Below are positions 27,441-40,313 of a stretch of 64,000 bases of DNA, piece by piece (the first letter of the stretch is position 1; each line of letters starts with the position of its first letter). Below the pieces are notes generated by a model. It saw nothing but the letters and a program-made list of their open reading frames with translations, searched no databases and was not told the DNA's origin. The position numbers and the translations under genes are program-made. This stretch comes from Phoronis australis (taxonomy: Eukaryota; Animalia; Phoronida): NCBI GenBank assembly GCA_002633005.1, contig NMRA01000044.1, positions 902,074-966,073 of the forward strand, given 5' to 3'.

Positions 27441-30321
27441 GACAGAACCTTAGTGCAGATTCTTGAGATCAGAATTAATCAATCATTTCTGCAGCCTGCT
27501 ATCCATATTGCCATTAGGAAAAGTGCTCCTTGGGCTATCAGTGTCTTTCCACTCAAGTACTGTTTTAGTAAATATCCTGTGAACTGTGTTTGCAAACTCT
27601 GTTTTAAATAGAGAGTGTCGCAACACCAGAGAGACGGGACAGCCCTGTGACAGCGGTCCTATGACGTCGGCAAGTTTTGGGAGACTGGAAAATCTGATAC
27701 CGACACTTTACTAAAAGTGTAAATACAATTGAACTATCATAGAACAGGGCACAATGACAGAAATATCGGCAGCCTGAACTTAGACACGCGCGTGTGAACT
27801 TTCACACAAAAAGAGCGGAGCTATTGTAAACAATCCACAGCCAAGGGTAATTGGCCTTTTAGAAAGTGAGCCCACAAGGTGTTTATTTCTCTGGCAATAG
27901 CATGGATTGTATTGATTCACAAATGGCTGATAGATTTTGCAGTGTTTGAAAATAAATAACAATTGAACTGACCAAACACTTGCACTGCGATGACAAAGAA
28001 ATCAATGGCAAGACTTAAACAAACGCTTCACCGCAAAAACTACTACCGCTTCTCCGCATATATATTTCATTGTGACTTATAAATGTTGTTTATCCAAACA
28101 AGTTTGAAATGAAATTTACTCTAAAAAACCACAGATGCCAGTGCAACATTTGACAAACGAAATAAACAAAACTTCCAATAAAACATATCTGAACTAATGT
28201 TCATAATCAATCAATCACTCCATTCCTTTAAAACTTTCCTTCAAATGTACCAATGACACTGTCACCATGGCAAACAGACCTATTTGGTTTTCTAGCAATT
28301 ATTAAGAACACAGGTAACCTTTAAATTATTAGTTTATACGCTGTTCGTGAATTCAGGTAAGCCATTTCACTCACAAAATATTCTGCCAAACACATAAAAA
28401 ATATCAAATGGACAAATACAGAAAGTTTGAGTGCACTGGAAACTATGGTTGAATATTCACACATGCACTGTAAATCTATACTAAATCTATATGCTTAGTG
28501 TCTGAACGGCAAGGAATACTTTTCTACCTGAGGCTATTTGGTATTAAGCAAATATGATTTGTTTGCTTTCATTTTTCTCAAATGCAACAGGTTTCATAAT
28601 CGTGCTCACATATTCACAAAAATGGTAAGTTTACCTTCAAGAGAATAACAGTCATTTAACAAAACACAATTAAATTTCTTGGCAGACATGTTCATTTCAA
28701 CAATGGACAGATTTTTATGAAAACTTTGTTAATTTAGTTTTACACTTAAATGTACATTCTCGGTAATAAAAGTACTTTACAGAAAATAGCAGTAGCAAAT
28801 GCTCTGCGGGCTAAATCAAATCCCACTCGTTCAAAAGCAGTGCATTTTTAGAATATTCAAAAGCATATTTAAACAGTAAAGACGCAAACCTCGATTCCAG
28901 CAAATGTCCGTCAGGCAACGGCGAGAGTTGGCTACTTGTAATAAAATCACAGAAACGCAACAGATTTTATTGTTTTACACCAACTCTGGTCAAAGCTATT
29001 AATATCAAGAAGTCTATCTCATTTAACAATAATCACAAAACTGTGTTTTTCTGCCTCAAAATAATGATTTCCTGTAACAAACAAAAAGTATCTGATAGTT
29101 TATTAGCTCAATGCAGTGATTCACATGGAACAAGGTTCTGTGACAAGATATGATAGTTTAAAAAAGTTCACGATTTTCAAGGAATTTCGATTAGCTTTGT
29201 CAATGTTATGGCAAAAAAACGACGAAAGAGCACCAAAAATATCATCACGTTATGCTACGTATCATTATGTTAATTTTTTTTCGACATAACGGAAATTCTT
29301 TCCGCTCAGTTCAATCTGCAACAACCTTTTTCTTGAAAAAATATGTAAAACATTCCAACAATATTTCATCACTTCCATGGTACACTCAGAAAAAATACAA
29401 AAGAGAATCCTAAAATGTAATAACACAGGCAAATAAATAATAAATTTAATAAATGGGACAATCGTATATTACTTCGCTCATTTCCTTCTTTAACAATCCT
29501 TAAAAAAACAAACCCCTTAAACGGCAAATTTTCAGATTTATTGCCGCACAATGGCAAGAGAATGAATAAGCTGGAACTCAAAGACGGTTTCAATTTGCAT
29601 GTTTTAGGAAGTGATTAAATAGCAGAAATATCGACTGGTATTTCAAATCCACGCATAATGGCTGACTTTGCCACGATAACAAATATCCTCAAGTCTCATA
29701 GATAAACAAGTGGTCACCTTTATTTGAGACAGGACAAATATTTAATGTTGAATCAATGAAGTATATACCTTATTCAAACCTATTAGGGGCAGTAAAAGTT
29801 AATTACAGAGACAATCAAACACAACTGCAAAGACACATCAGTTGGGTGACTGAGCCAGAAAATTGAGCCGCTGGGCTCAAAGTTTAAGGTCGCCCTTCTT
29901 TAAAGCTATTGAGACAAAACAATTTTAGCCAATCATAATGTTAGCATTGAAAACAGCAAAAACAAAATGAAATCAAACTGGCTGAAGCGTCTGCATGCAA
30001 TAAGGCTACCCAGCTGCTCAAAAATTCGCTTGCCACCTGTGTGACTTGCCAGTGAGCTTCTACCCACCCAGTGTCTCTTTAGTCACACTGACGACTGGAC
30101 GAGAGGCAAAGTAATGTCCCTGTTATCGTGTCTACGACAAAACAGACATTTTTCTTACAAGAAACAATAGGGACGGGAAGTGAATATGTCACACCCCTAG
30201 CAACTATTCCAAACTGGAAGCCAACAATTAAACAATTACATTGGTTGCCTAACAAATTTGTTCACACCAAATTCAGCTCTTCCAAGGTATTTCTAATTTA
30301 TTCAGAAAACTAAGTTCAAAC

Positions 30322-30506
30322 CTCTGGTATCCAACAGTTGAGAGCTTCCACCCACATCAGTCTCTCATTGGATGGCACAGAGGGCGCTGACTGTAGTAGA
30401 TGAGGCATGGGCATAGTTGTGGTTCGACGGTATGGCGAGAATGCTGGAAAAGGGTATGACGCACCAGCCCCCGTGGGTGGCGGTGCTGGAGGACCCAACT
30501 GGCCAC
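30322..30506 (-). CDS. Unknown gene, exon V1c (185 nt, phase 1-0): GQLGPPAPPPTGAGASYPFPAFSPYRR...WVEALNCWIPE
   Basis: tttccag acceptor, GAG|gtttga donor, phases fit 31540 upstream and 13831 downstream. Confidence 0.8.
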
Positions 30507-31327
30507 CTGGAAATCATTCAAAGTTTAAAAATAAAAGGCGAAATGTCAATCATAGACTGTTGTGACTGTGGTGGTTCATTGCATGTTGCAAAATTACTGG
30601 GTTTCTTGGCTTCATAAGAATTAAGTTCAAACTTGAAAAGACTGTATCATAAAATCACTGGTCTGTAGCATGCATTTTACTGCACTGGCTGTGTAGTGTC
30701 AGACATCAGTATTGTTTGCTTAATATGTGACGAGTTACTATAATATCTCACAATTAAAATCATCTCCATGGTCATAGAATGCCAAACATAATTTTCAATT
30801 AAACATTTGTAAACATGTAAATTATTTGATTTCTAAATGGCATTTTTCTCCAAATGTAAAAAATCAAATCAGGGGCTTCTAAAATTCTGGATGTTAGAAT
30901 TAACATTTACCATCATTGAGTACCGGAATTCATATGTGTGCAGGCGGAATAATCATAAATGCGTTCAGATTGAAAAGAATGTGGAAGTTTAAGAATTATT
31001 AGTTAAAGTGACCGTCAGAGTTGATGCGTTTCTGAAATAGCAAGCAACACTAAAATCAACTGGAAGTATCACCATTTCAACTAATATCAAAGGCTAGCAT
31101 ACAGGAGTCCGTCAAGAGTTCTAAACAAAGGACAGCAACACAACTGCCACCTTTTCATTGGAAAATGAACTAATTTAGCTAAACAGGATCCATTACCAAT
31201 TTGTCTAGAAGCAAAATACACGAAACTCTAATGATTTTTCCATAGGAATTGAGGTTGCGGGTCGATCATGTACAATTTAAAGAAAACAAGAGTCACAGGA
31301 ACAAATTTAACCTAACAAGAATTTTTG

Positions 31328-31410
31328 GCCATTAAAAGAATTTTCAATTCGGAGAACACTCTCAAAGTGCAGTAATAGCCATTAAAAGAATTTTCAATAC
31401 AGAGAACACT
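31328..31410. repeat. Short tandem duplication, 50-bp period
   Basis: GCCATTAAAAGAATTTTCAAT...GAGAACACT twice. Confidence 0.75.
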
Positions 31411-31539
31411 GTTTTTTAAATAGAATAGTTTCAATTTCATTTTGCAAGTGTTACCATGGTTACAAAAAATGACAAAAAAGTTCATCCATCATCCCACACA
31501 ATAAATATTCCTGCTTTATATCAGGAATCCAGTACTTAC

Positions 31540-31615
31540 CATGGCTTTGTAAGTGACTAGACCTTACGGGAAATTGCACATGCCCGGTTGTATTTGGTCT
31601 GTGTGGGGCTTCTGA
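31540..31615 (-). CDS. Unknown gene, exon V1b (76 nt, phase 0-1): SEAPHRPNTTGHVQFPVRSSHLQSH
   Basis: ttttcatttcag acceptor, G|gtaagt donor. Confidence 0.8.
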
Positions 31616-31959
31616 CTGAAATGAAAAACCATTAACAGATTCACTATTACAGAACTAGTCCTGTCCCCCACTTACTAACCATCAGGGTTAGGGATAGTGG
31701 GTTTATGTAATGGTATTAATATAACAAGGTCCAAAAAGGCCTTAATTGTGACACAATACCATCACTATAATGACCAGGAAACTACGGGTATATACCTTAG
31801 CTCAGTTGACACATTCAGTTCAACAGAAGACTAATTTTCAGCTATTCACATCTGGTTAAGGAACACTAATTCTTCCTTACAGTTACAAATTTACTAATTA
31901 TTCCTCATTACCATACTCTACTGCAACGCCACCTGTTGGCCAGACTTAGTACTTCACTG

Positions 31960-32450
31960 CATCAGCCTAGCTTTACATCATCGCATGATATTACTTTGGA
32001 GTGCCAGCTTGTTGCTATAGTCACCTCATATTTGTTCACAATTTCTCCAACTTGCAAATCGTTTTCCATCAAAATGCTCATTTCATTCCCAGCATGATCA
32101 ATATCACGTAGATTTGCATCCCATTACATAACTGTGTTTCCTTTATGATATTTGTCATAATATCCACCACTTTATACAGTTCATTCTTGGAGCTCTTTTT
32201 TCACCGCAAATTAGCCTCAAGAACACATCTCATAATCCTTTTCAGGAATGCATGTAAAGTAGGTTACCAAATTCAGATCACTATTTAAACAACCCCGGCC
32301 AGCAGTTGCATCTCCATGGCCTTAGGACATAAACAGATGAAATCTTCAGTAAGAAAAATCAAAAAAGAAGCGAGTGGTTGACAGACTAACATCCCCAGGA
32401 ATAACCCGATCTCATGGGAATGTTTGTGATCAATGAACCATTCATATGAC
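31960..32450 (-). mobile_element. Possible highly decayed LINE (RTE-like) 3' fragment
   Basis: Broken frame TLHAFLKRIMRCVLEANLR*KKSSKNELYK..MTNIIKE loosely resembles RTE ORF C-terminus; by-eye resemblance only. Confidence 0.25.
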
Positions 32451-35400
32451 ATCTGCATCTCCAACCTTCAATGAGTTCACAAAATGGTTTTGAGAACTTG
32501 ATCTGGAAACAGATCTTTTATAGATAGACAGCATTACTGAGGTCATCACAGATCACTGAACCAGGTATTCAATGTACATTTAAAAGAAAAAATAGAATGT
32601 TGGAATGGGGAAAACGGTGTGTGTCACTAATCAATCAATAAATCAATGTATTTAGATCTTCTTTAGAAACAAAAATGATTTCAAAAATCTATTTACAATG
32701 TTTGTCATTAAAGAGTTAATGGTAGAGTAGTTCTTCACTAACTTCGCACAAAAATACACACCGAAATTGTAATTTTGTCAAATGTTGTAAGGTTAGTTCA
32801 AAAAAAGGGACCCAATTGTTAGCGAGTTTCCATGAAAAATATACCCTGTCATTGAACTTTGTTCCAGAAACGCCTCTTTAAGTACAGGTTAATTCATGAA
32901 TCTAAGCCTATCATGAGAGTTTTTGGACAACAAAATTTTAAACGAGAACTAAAGCATTAATCAGAAATGCAAGAAGCCAAGCTACGTTCGTTTCGTAGAA
33001 ATTCAAACTCCAGACTGAACTCTTTTGTAATAGAATTGAATCCGAAACGGTGCCCTTTAGTAAGGATCCTCTCATACAGAAACTTGACATGAAAGTCATG
33101 CACCAACACGCAACACCTTTCATCTCGAAGTATATACCACCCAGGGGCACTTGAACTGTTCAACACATGGGAGTTACAACCCCACGGGGGCTTGAACTGG
33201 TGTGCTCCGCAGAACAGCCACTTTATGCAGGTCCTTAGTACGGAAATTTTGCGTCATACATAGAGACTAGACTGCTAAGAAACAAACACACAAATGACGT
33301 AGTCCACAATCCTCTAAATTTCCACAATTTATTGCAGAATTGTCACTAACAGAGAAGAGAGCACTTCTAGCTAAATGTCCTTCTGTACCTACATTCACAC
33401 CTGTTAATTGACCTATCGCCAGGATTTTGAGTGACGGCTTAACTGATCATTTAGAACTTATCATCCTTGACACACCTTCGTTTCCAAGACGCCATTTTAC
33501 CCGACAAACAACACGTTGCCGGGTAAAACTTATTGTTTGTTAGTCAACATTATGCAAGGGGGCGGAGCTTGCGAGAAGTCAATTAGTAATTGCTAGGATC
33601 AGCTCCATCTTCAGGTCAGACTGAGAGTTCATCAGAACAATTTGGGTCCGATTTTTACACTCAATATTTGGCAATGACAATTTGTACTGACCAGTACAAA
33701 TACAAGACACTTTTTCACAATCCCGGACAAATTCTGTTTTGGAATCGCAACTCTGAGTTACAGTTGTTAGTCACATGAATTTTGCAAACCAAGGCTTTCT
33801 AATGGTCACCATGAATAATGAAAAATTGGGACTTAATGGTCAAAACTGAACTGACATAGTGAAGTGAGTAGAATTCTCCACAGTTAAGATGCACCCTGCT
33901 AACTGAAAGGGAACGTGATCAGCAAAATTTAAGCTAAAACAATTTTGCACAAAGTTTGTAAGTTTTTCAAAATAAGAAAAAATCGTTCTCAGTTAATATG
34001 ATTTTCTTGAAATACTGGGGACACATTGGAAATGTTGCAGATTTTACTCCTTGTGTGATATGTACTAGACACTTAGCTCCCCAGTTATCTGGGATTTATC
34101 TCCAGCACGGCTGCCCTCCAGCCATTTTTATTTTTCGACAGATTTAAGCTTTCATTCTCTATCCAATTCAGAGCCGGAATTTGTCATTTATTTCCGTAAT
34201 TGTTCTAAAACGTGTCTCAACCAAGGGATATAAAGTTATAGTCTCATCTTTGATAGGTGGATAAGCAATTTTCAATTAAGTCAACCTAATAATTTGCACT
34301 TAAGTAGAGTGAATATTTGTCAATTGTGGAATTTTTGATGAAATGGTGTACATTTTTGTCCCAAAACCTGCTTGAGTGACAAGCATTTCAACTTCATGGT
34401 CAGAGTATAGATACCAAAACCCTCATTATGTGAAGTTGCATGGCTAAATACCCATACCTTCATGTCAAACCAAAAATCAGCATGAATCCTTAATTGAAAG
34501 CCATCATCTATAAGCAAATGTAGTTTTTCATAGAAATCAATTGAATGATGCTCTGCAAGAAACAGCCACACAACTCTACTATAACCTCAGGGCATGTAGG
34601 ATAATAGGTTTTTAGGATAGTAATTTTAATCCAATATTGAGTTCACCAATTCACATCACCAGTTCAAGAACAAAACCTCTCATTTTCAACCTGGTTCCCT
34701 GGGGACACCCATTGTAGATATTAGCATTCAAGGAAACAGACAAGATGTAATATAAATGATAAGCACATGCCTGCATTCAAAAGAGAAAGGGGTGCGACTG
34801 ACATCAATAGATAGTACCAGGGGAGTCCACATAGCCTGGTTTTCATCTGATCATGACTAAGTATCTGTATCCAAATGGAGGGCACTCTCCTATTTTTCAG
34901 GTGGTGATGTGGGTGTGAAATTTGAACAACCATCATTCCAAAGAGTCAGGGCAATGCCCACTTTTATACAACTGGACCACTGTACCTGGGCCAGAAAGAA
35001 TTTGTAGCACGGTGATATTGAAACAGAGATACACTTTTTATTTGATTGTCTTGTCCTTGCTGACCTACAGAAATATGTATTACCACAATGCATTGTCAAA
35101 GGCACTCTTAGGTTCAGATTCTGTGTATGTTTTAAGAAATACAGCCTCCTTCATCCAACAAGCAATGGCAATTAGTAGCAAAATTATGAGTATTTGTTGA
35201 ACTGGCAAGAGTATACTGTTGCTGAACTGTGGGCCAACGGCCCCATGAGTTTTGAAATAAGCGTTTTGTTTGTTTGTTTGTTTATAACTGGACCACTACC
35301 AAAAACATCCATAGAAAAATTAGTCACCCCTTGGAGATTTGTTCCAATATTTTGCATGGTTTTAAACCTATCAAAAGGCTTACTTATTGAATCAAAGTTT

Positions 35401-36786
35401 GTTGACTCCCTTAGGACTGTAGTAATAACCCAACAAATCTAGAAGTAGTTTTTAAAATCCTCCATTAGTGTTCAGTGGTAAAATGGACACTCATTAAGTG
35501 ATCCTAACCTTTTGAAAACGACTTTTATTTCTAATATAAAAATTAGAAAAACACCTCAAGTAGAGAATCTGGCCATGAAAACCTCCATCCACCTGAACAA
35601 TATCCTCACCTTATCCCAGTCCAGATAAAATGGAATCTATAGATATCATCTGGAAACAGCCTCCCAAATGTAACGGAAAGTCCTTTTGACAAACTAAAAA
35701 TGGCCACAAAAGGGGCAGTAATTTAATCTGCCCAAAAATCAACTGGTGCCAGCACATTATTGTCCTTACACCTCTGTTTCAGTTTCATTGAAATTTGTCA
35801 TTTGTTATCTAGATATCATTCAGAAATGTTCTTTCCCCAGATGACTGAAAAAGGCCCTTGTTGAGAATGAAACGGCCTCAAGAGGATGCTGCAGTGGTCA
35901 AATCCACCCCACGTCAACTGGAACGGTTGTATTGTTGTCACATAACTCTGTGTAAATTTTATTGAAATCTGTCCATCGGTTCTCAAAAGCCCCTCTGTCC
36001 TATTCAAGTGATGACTTCAACATTATGGGCCAATTTATTAAAATGATCTCTGAACTTTTTTGTCATGAAAAGAACATTATGTCATCAAAGGCACTACTGA
36101 AGAGAGATAAACACATACAAAGCAGGCCAATATTTTGAATCTAACGCTGACGTAACAATCCGCTTTTCAGGCAATGCAACCTGACTTATGTGCTTGGGGA
36201 GGTAAAGCATGAGACATACTTCAATATTTTAAATTAAAATATTAATGTGAAGTGGAGTGACATGTCTAAAAATTTGCAGAATTATCATCAGTATGCATTA
36301 GAAAGAAATGTCTTTTCAATATACATTTTGTCTCGTGACAAATCATGACTTGCAATCCTAGTTTCAGATAAGATGTTTATCTTTTATTTACTTAACAATG
36401 TGATGACAACAAAGACAACAGTTCTATTTACACACTTCTCAGTTAGCGATGTTTAGCCGCCTGGCTGAAGTGTTTTGAACCCGTGCTGTCATACGTTTTA
36501 TCACGCATTTGCTAATAAGGCTAGACTTAACAAGTCCCAGCAGGCGAGGGTGATGTCTCAAACTAGTTGTTTGAATGATATCAGTGTTCTCCACAACCTG
36601 CATCAATTTTTTGAATTTTGTCATGATGAATTTTTGTTAGCGTGGAGTTTGAAGAGTTGCGAGATTTCTTAATTTTATTACAATTTAGATTTTTGGTAGA
36701 TTCCAATGCATTTATTAGGTACTTTCAGTTGCATTTTAATTTTCTTTTGTGGAGAATACCTGATAAAGCGCAACCTTACAGGTGAA

Positions 36787-36940
36787 TATTTTGTACAGTC
36801 AAGAATTTTCTGGTGTTATTGGTATTTCATCCAGTCAAGAATTATAGTCTCTTGTGTTATTGGTATTTTGTCCAGTCCACAATTGTCTTGTGCTATTAGT
36901 ATTTTGTCCAGTCAAGAACTGCCTTGTGTTATTGGTATTT
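36787..36940. repeat. Minisatellite, 36-bp unit, about four copies
   Basis: TATTTTGTCCAGTCAAGAATTGTCTTGTGTTATTGG consensus repeated. Confidence 0.85.
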
Positions 36941-37468
36941 TTTCCTCCATCCGATATTGTCTCAAGTGGGTATTAAGCATCATCTCGTCTTGGGAGAACA
37001 TCAATTGCCATCTTATCATCTGAGGGAGGTATTTTGATCAGTATTTGTCTGAGATAGTGGAATTGTTTTGGGTAGGAGTTTTTTCCATCATTCTACCACA
37101 TTTGGCACACCAGCCTTCTTACCATGAGAAGCTTAAACCCATATACTCCTATCAAAGTGGTTATAACATTTACAAACTGATTTAAAGGTTATAACTCTTG
37201 GTGAACACTTTAAAACCAACTTCATAAGTTGTAACTGTAGCACGGTTATAAACCTTTGAGAGGATTTTTTGTTCCAGAGGTTATAACCGTTGTGATCGGT
37301 GTGAACGTGGTAGCAGCAAAAGTTATAACTCATTAGGTGGCACTGCAGTCAAATCTCGCTGGTATCAATTGTTCATGGATGCATTAACTGGCGTGAATCA
37401 GACAGCTACTAAAACCACAAATGAACTGTCAGTGTGAAGGGCAACAGTCACAAAACAGCTACAACTAT

Positions 37469-37891
37469 AGTGCCGTTTACACTTACAAAGTTGACACGGA
37501 TCAGCTGACACGGAACAAGTTGTTCCAGTGTGTAAACGGACTGACACGGTGCAAATTGACATCGCGGTGACAAATTTTTGCCACACGTTTTTGAGGTATA
37601 GTAATTTGCGCCCGAACATCTTGCGCCATGTCAATTTTAAGTCTAAACGCGAAACTGGAGTAAGGCGGAAAGGATCATCTCTACTGCGCTTGTGCAATGA
37701 CCTACATACAGGTTCTTTGTCTCTGCAACTCTCGTCAATTGTAAACCTGCGCATGTGCGTTCCAGTCTCTCCAGCCTTTAATTTCAGTCTTGCCACGGTT
37801 AGTGAGTTGGGTGTGTAAAGGGCTGCTTGACACAGGTCAGTTTGCTCCGTGTCAGTTGCGCCGGGCCAAAAGTTGATGTCTAAACGGGACT
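37469..37891. mobile_element. PIF/Harbinger-like MITE, 423 bp
   Basis: TAT|AGTGCCGTTTACAC ... GTCTAAACGGGACT|TAT: imperfect TIRs, 3-bp TSD, subterminal CTGACACGG repeats at both ends. Confidence 0.7.
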
Positions 37892-40313
37892 TATGAAAAG
37901 AGTTACAACCATGTTTAGTTGGTCTGAACTTTACTGACATGATCTGTGGCATTTTTGTGAACACTTCTTTAAGCATCTGATCGAGCCTCCAAGTCCAATC
38001 TCTACTAATTCCACATCTGAATACTGTTATAGTTTTGTCTCCAGAGTCCATCATGTATCCCATGTGGTTAGCTGGTCTGGATGCTGGGGCACTCTGACCT
38101 TCCCATTTGGAAGAAAGTCACCCCCNGAAAAAAGTCCCCCCCCCCGGAAAATTAACAGCATCTGACATCAACATGAATCACAATTTGGATGATGGACCTA
38201 ACGTAAAAATTAAGATGAAAATTAAAAAACGAATTTGAAAACAAACAGCATAAGGAGACCTATAACGTGACTGTAATTAGGGCCAAGATTGGACACTTCA
38301 GCTGTTACTCAGTCTTGGCAAACCGTAGCTTAATTAAAATTAACTGGTGGTCATTTCATTCCAACAGGGCGTTAGACTGTGAGTAAGGACCTCTTCAAAA
38401 TGACCATCCCCGGACTTTACTGGATTACGATTAAATTTTGTGGACTAAAATCACAAACAAAATCACTTTCATAAGATACTGAGCAGTACCAACCATTTGT
38501 GGATTATGAGAAATGAGTAAAAAGAGATACAGCACTCCTGAATAGATTTAATAGACAACTTATAATTAGTATACATTGTTAATTAGTCCTTCCTTCTAAT
38601 ATGTAGTGTTGAAAATCTGACTCTTTTTATTGCTCACAATCTTGTGTTGGTTGCATTCAAGAAGACAATATACAATCCTTTAATCCATGCAGTAACTGTC
38701 TGATCCTGGACAAAAGTAGAACACATAAATTCTGCATCAAAACATTGTTTCATTTCTTCAATCATAGGTGTGCTCATTTTCAATCACCAATATATTACCC
38801 GTAGATAAAATTTAACTTTGGACAACAAATTTTACCAAAATTTTTACACCTAATTTTGTTGCTATGAATACTGAAATTTTAACAAATGTTCAGAAAAAAG
38901 TTAAGCCAACATTTATTCTTGCTAAGAAATTTGACAAAAAACGACAATCCCTTTTCCTGTCATATTCTATTTTTAAACTGCACAATCTAAATAGTTCATG
39001 CACAGTTTCTAATCACAAGCAATACTCTGATGATTTGAATGTGTTATCTTTAGAAGGGAACTGCTAAAACATCTAGATACTAATTTTGTGGAAATAATAA
39101 GATTTTAATCTACCATAGCAATCTGTGCTACGCAAGCCCCAGGTGAGCAGATTAACCTAAAAAATACTAACACTGTATCAAAATCCTAGAGACAGAGAAA
39201 AGGGACTTAATCAAAATAAACACAGGTGAGGAGACTGTCGATATAATTTAATCAATTTGTTTTACCTGGACTTACAGGTAATAATATCTCCAGATTACCA
39301 ACGAGATAAGGAACTACAGAACTGATTTAAGACAATTTCCTATACCATATTATCAGACAAAGTATCAAAATGCTACCAAAGTCTGGCATTACCTAACAAA
39401 AAATCAGCTCAAAAAAGTTATAAATGGGCTCTGTGATTAAGCCATCAAACCATTTCCCAAAAAGAGACAGTCACACAGAATGATAAATGATGATTGTTTG
39501 TATTTTATTTGGGTGCCAAGAAGAAGACCAAAAACATACATACATACTCAAATAACCCAATTTCTGCACTCATTCAAGAAAGAGGGCTGAACAGTGTTTA
39601 TGGGTAGACTCCATGAATCTCAAAAGCATCATGGTTACACTTGAAGGACAAGCGGAAACTATTCAATACAGCAATGGGAATTGTTAGAATATAGTGCACA
39701 CACTATAAATAATTGGACAAAATGTCACAAATGAGTGTGACAAGAGAACTTTCCGCGTCACGACAGGCGCCACGAATTCACGACCAAGAAGAACACACAG
39801 CTGGAATGATTAGTCATACAGTGTGTGCCACAAGTATCCAGACAAAATGACCCTGAATTCCCTGTAATGACGTCTGGGTGGAAGCCGCAATCATCTTCGG
39901 AGTAATCCTCTCTCATGACCGAGAATGACAGGAAATTAAACGGAATTTTAATAAGATGGCTTAAAGCCATGCTATAATTACAATTTTACCCGCCACTTTT
40001 TTACCACTCCTTGGTGTTAACAGAATTAACTGTCATTGCAGCGAAAACGTTTTTTTTTGTCTTATTAATTTTTTCTTGTACTGTAAGTGATGCAGTGGTT
40101 TCCACTGCCTGTTTCAACATGTCCCCATTACTTGTTTGCTAGCAGTTGTGACAGGTTTGAATGGCCCGCGACCTGTTTGGAAAAATAGCAACCAGTTTGG
40201 AAGAGAGGCATCACCATTGCTAACCACTGCTTTAAATTGCAACAATAACTGGCCCATTGAAACTTATAAAGGCCAATTAGTGGGTACCACAAGGCAGGTA
40301 AATGTGCACTTAA

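Noticed and set aside
27139-27453. 104-aa plus-strand ORF
   Set aside because: Antisense shadow of exon V2; the same applies to 754-1080 and 5194-5385.
34720-35240. Faint resemblance to a tyrosine-recombinase C-terminus
   Set aside because: Too degenerate to support by eye.
36439-36597. Possible extra exon VVENTDIIQTT...
   Set aside because: Acceptor lacks a polypyrimidine tract, the frame ends in a stop, and it is not needed for phase continuity.
36787-36940. 36-bp repeats of CRISPR-like length
   Set aside because: Head-to-tail with no unique spacers, no cas genes, eukaryotic context.
37398-38063. 221-aa minus-strand ORF
   Set aside because: Mostly a MITE; the duplicated copy has frameshifts; no recognisable domain.
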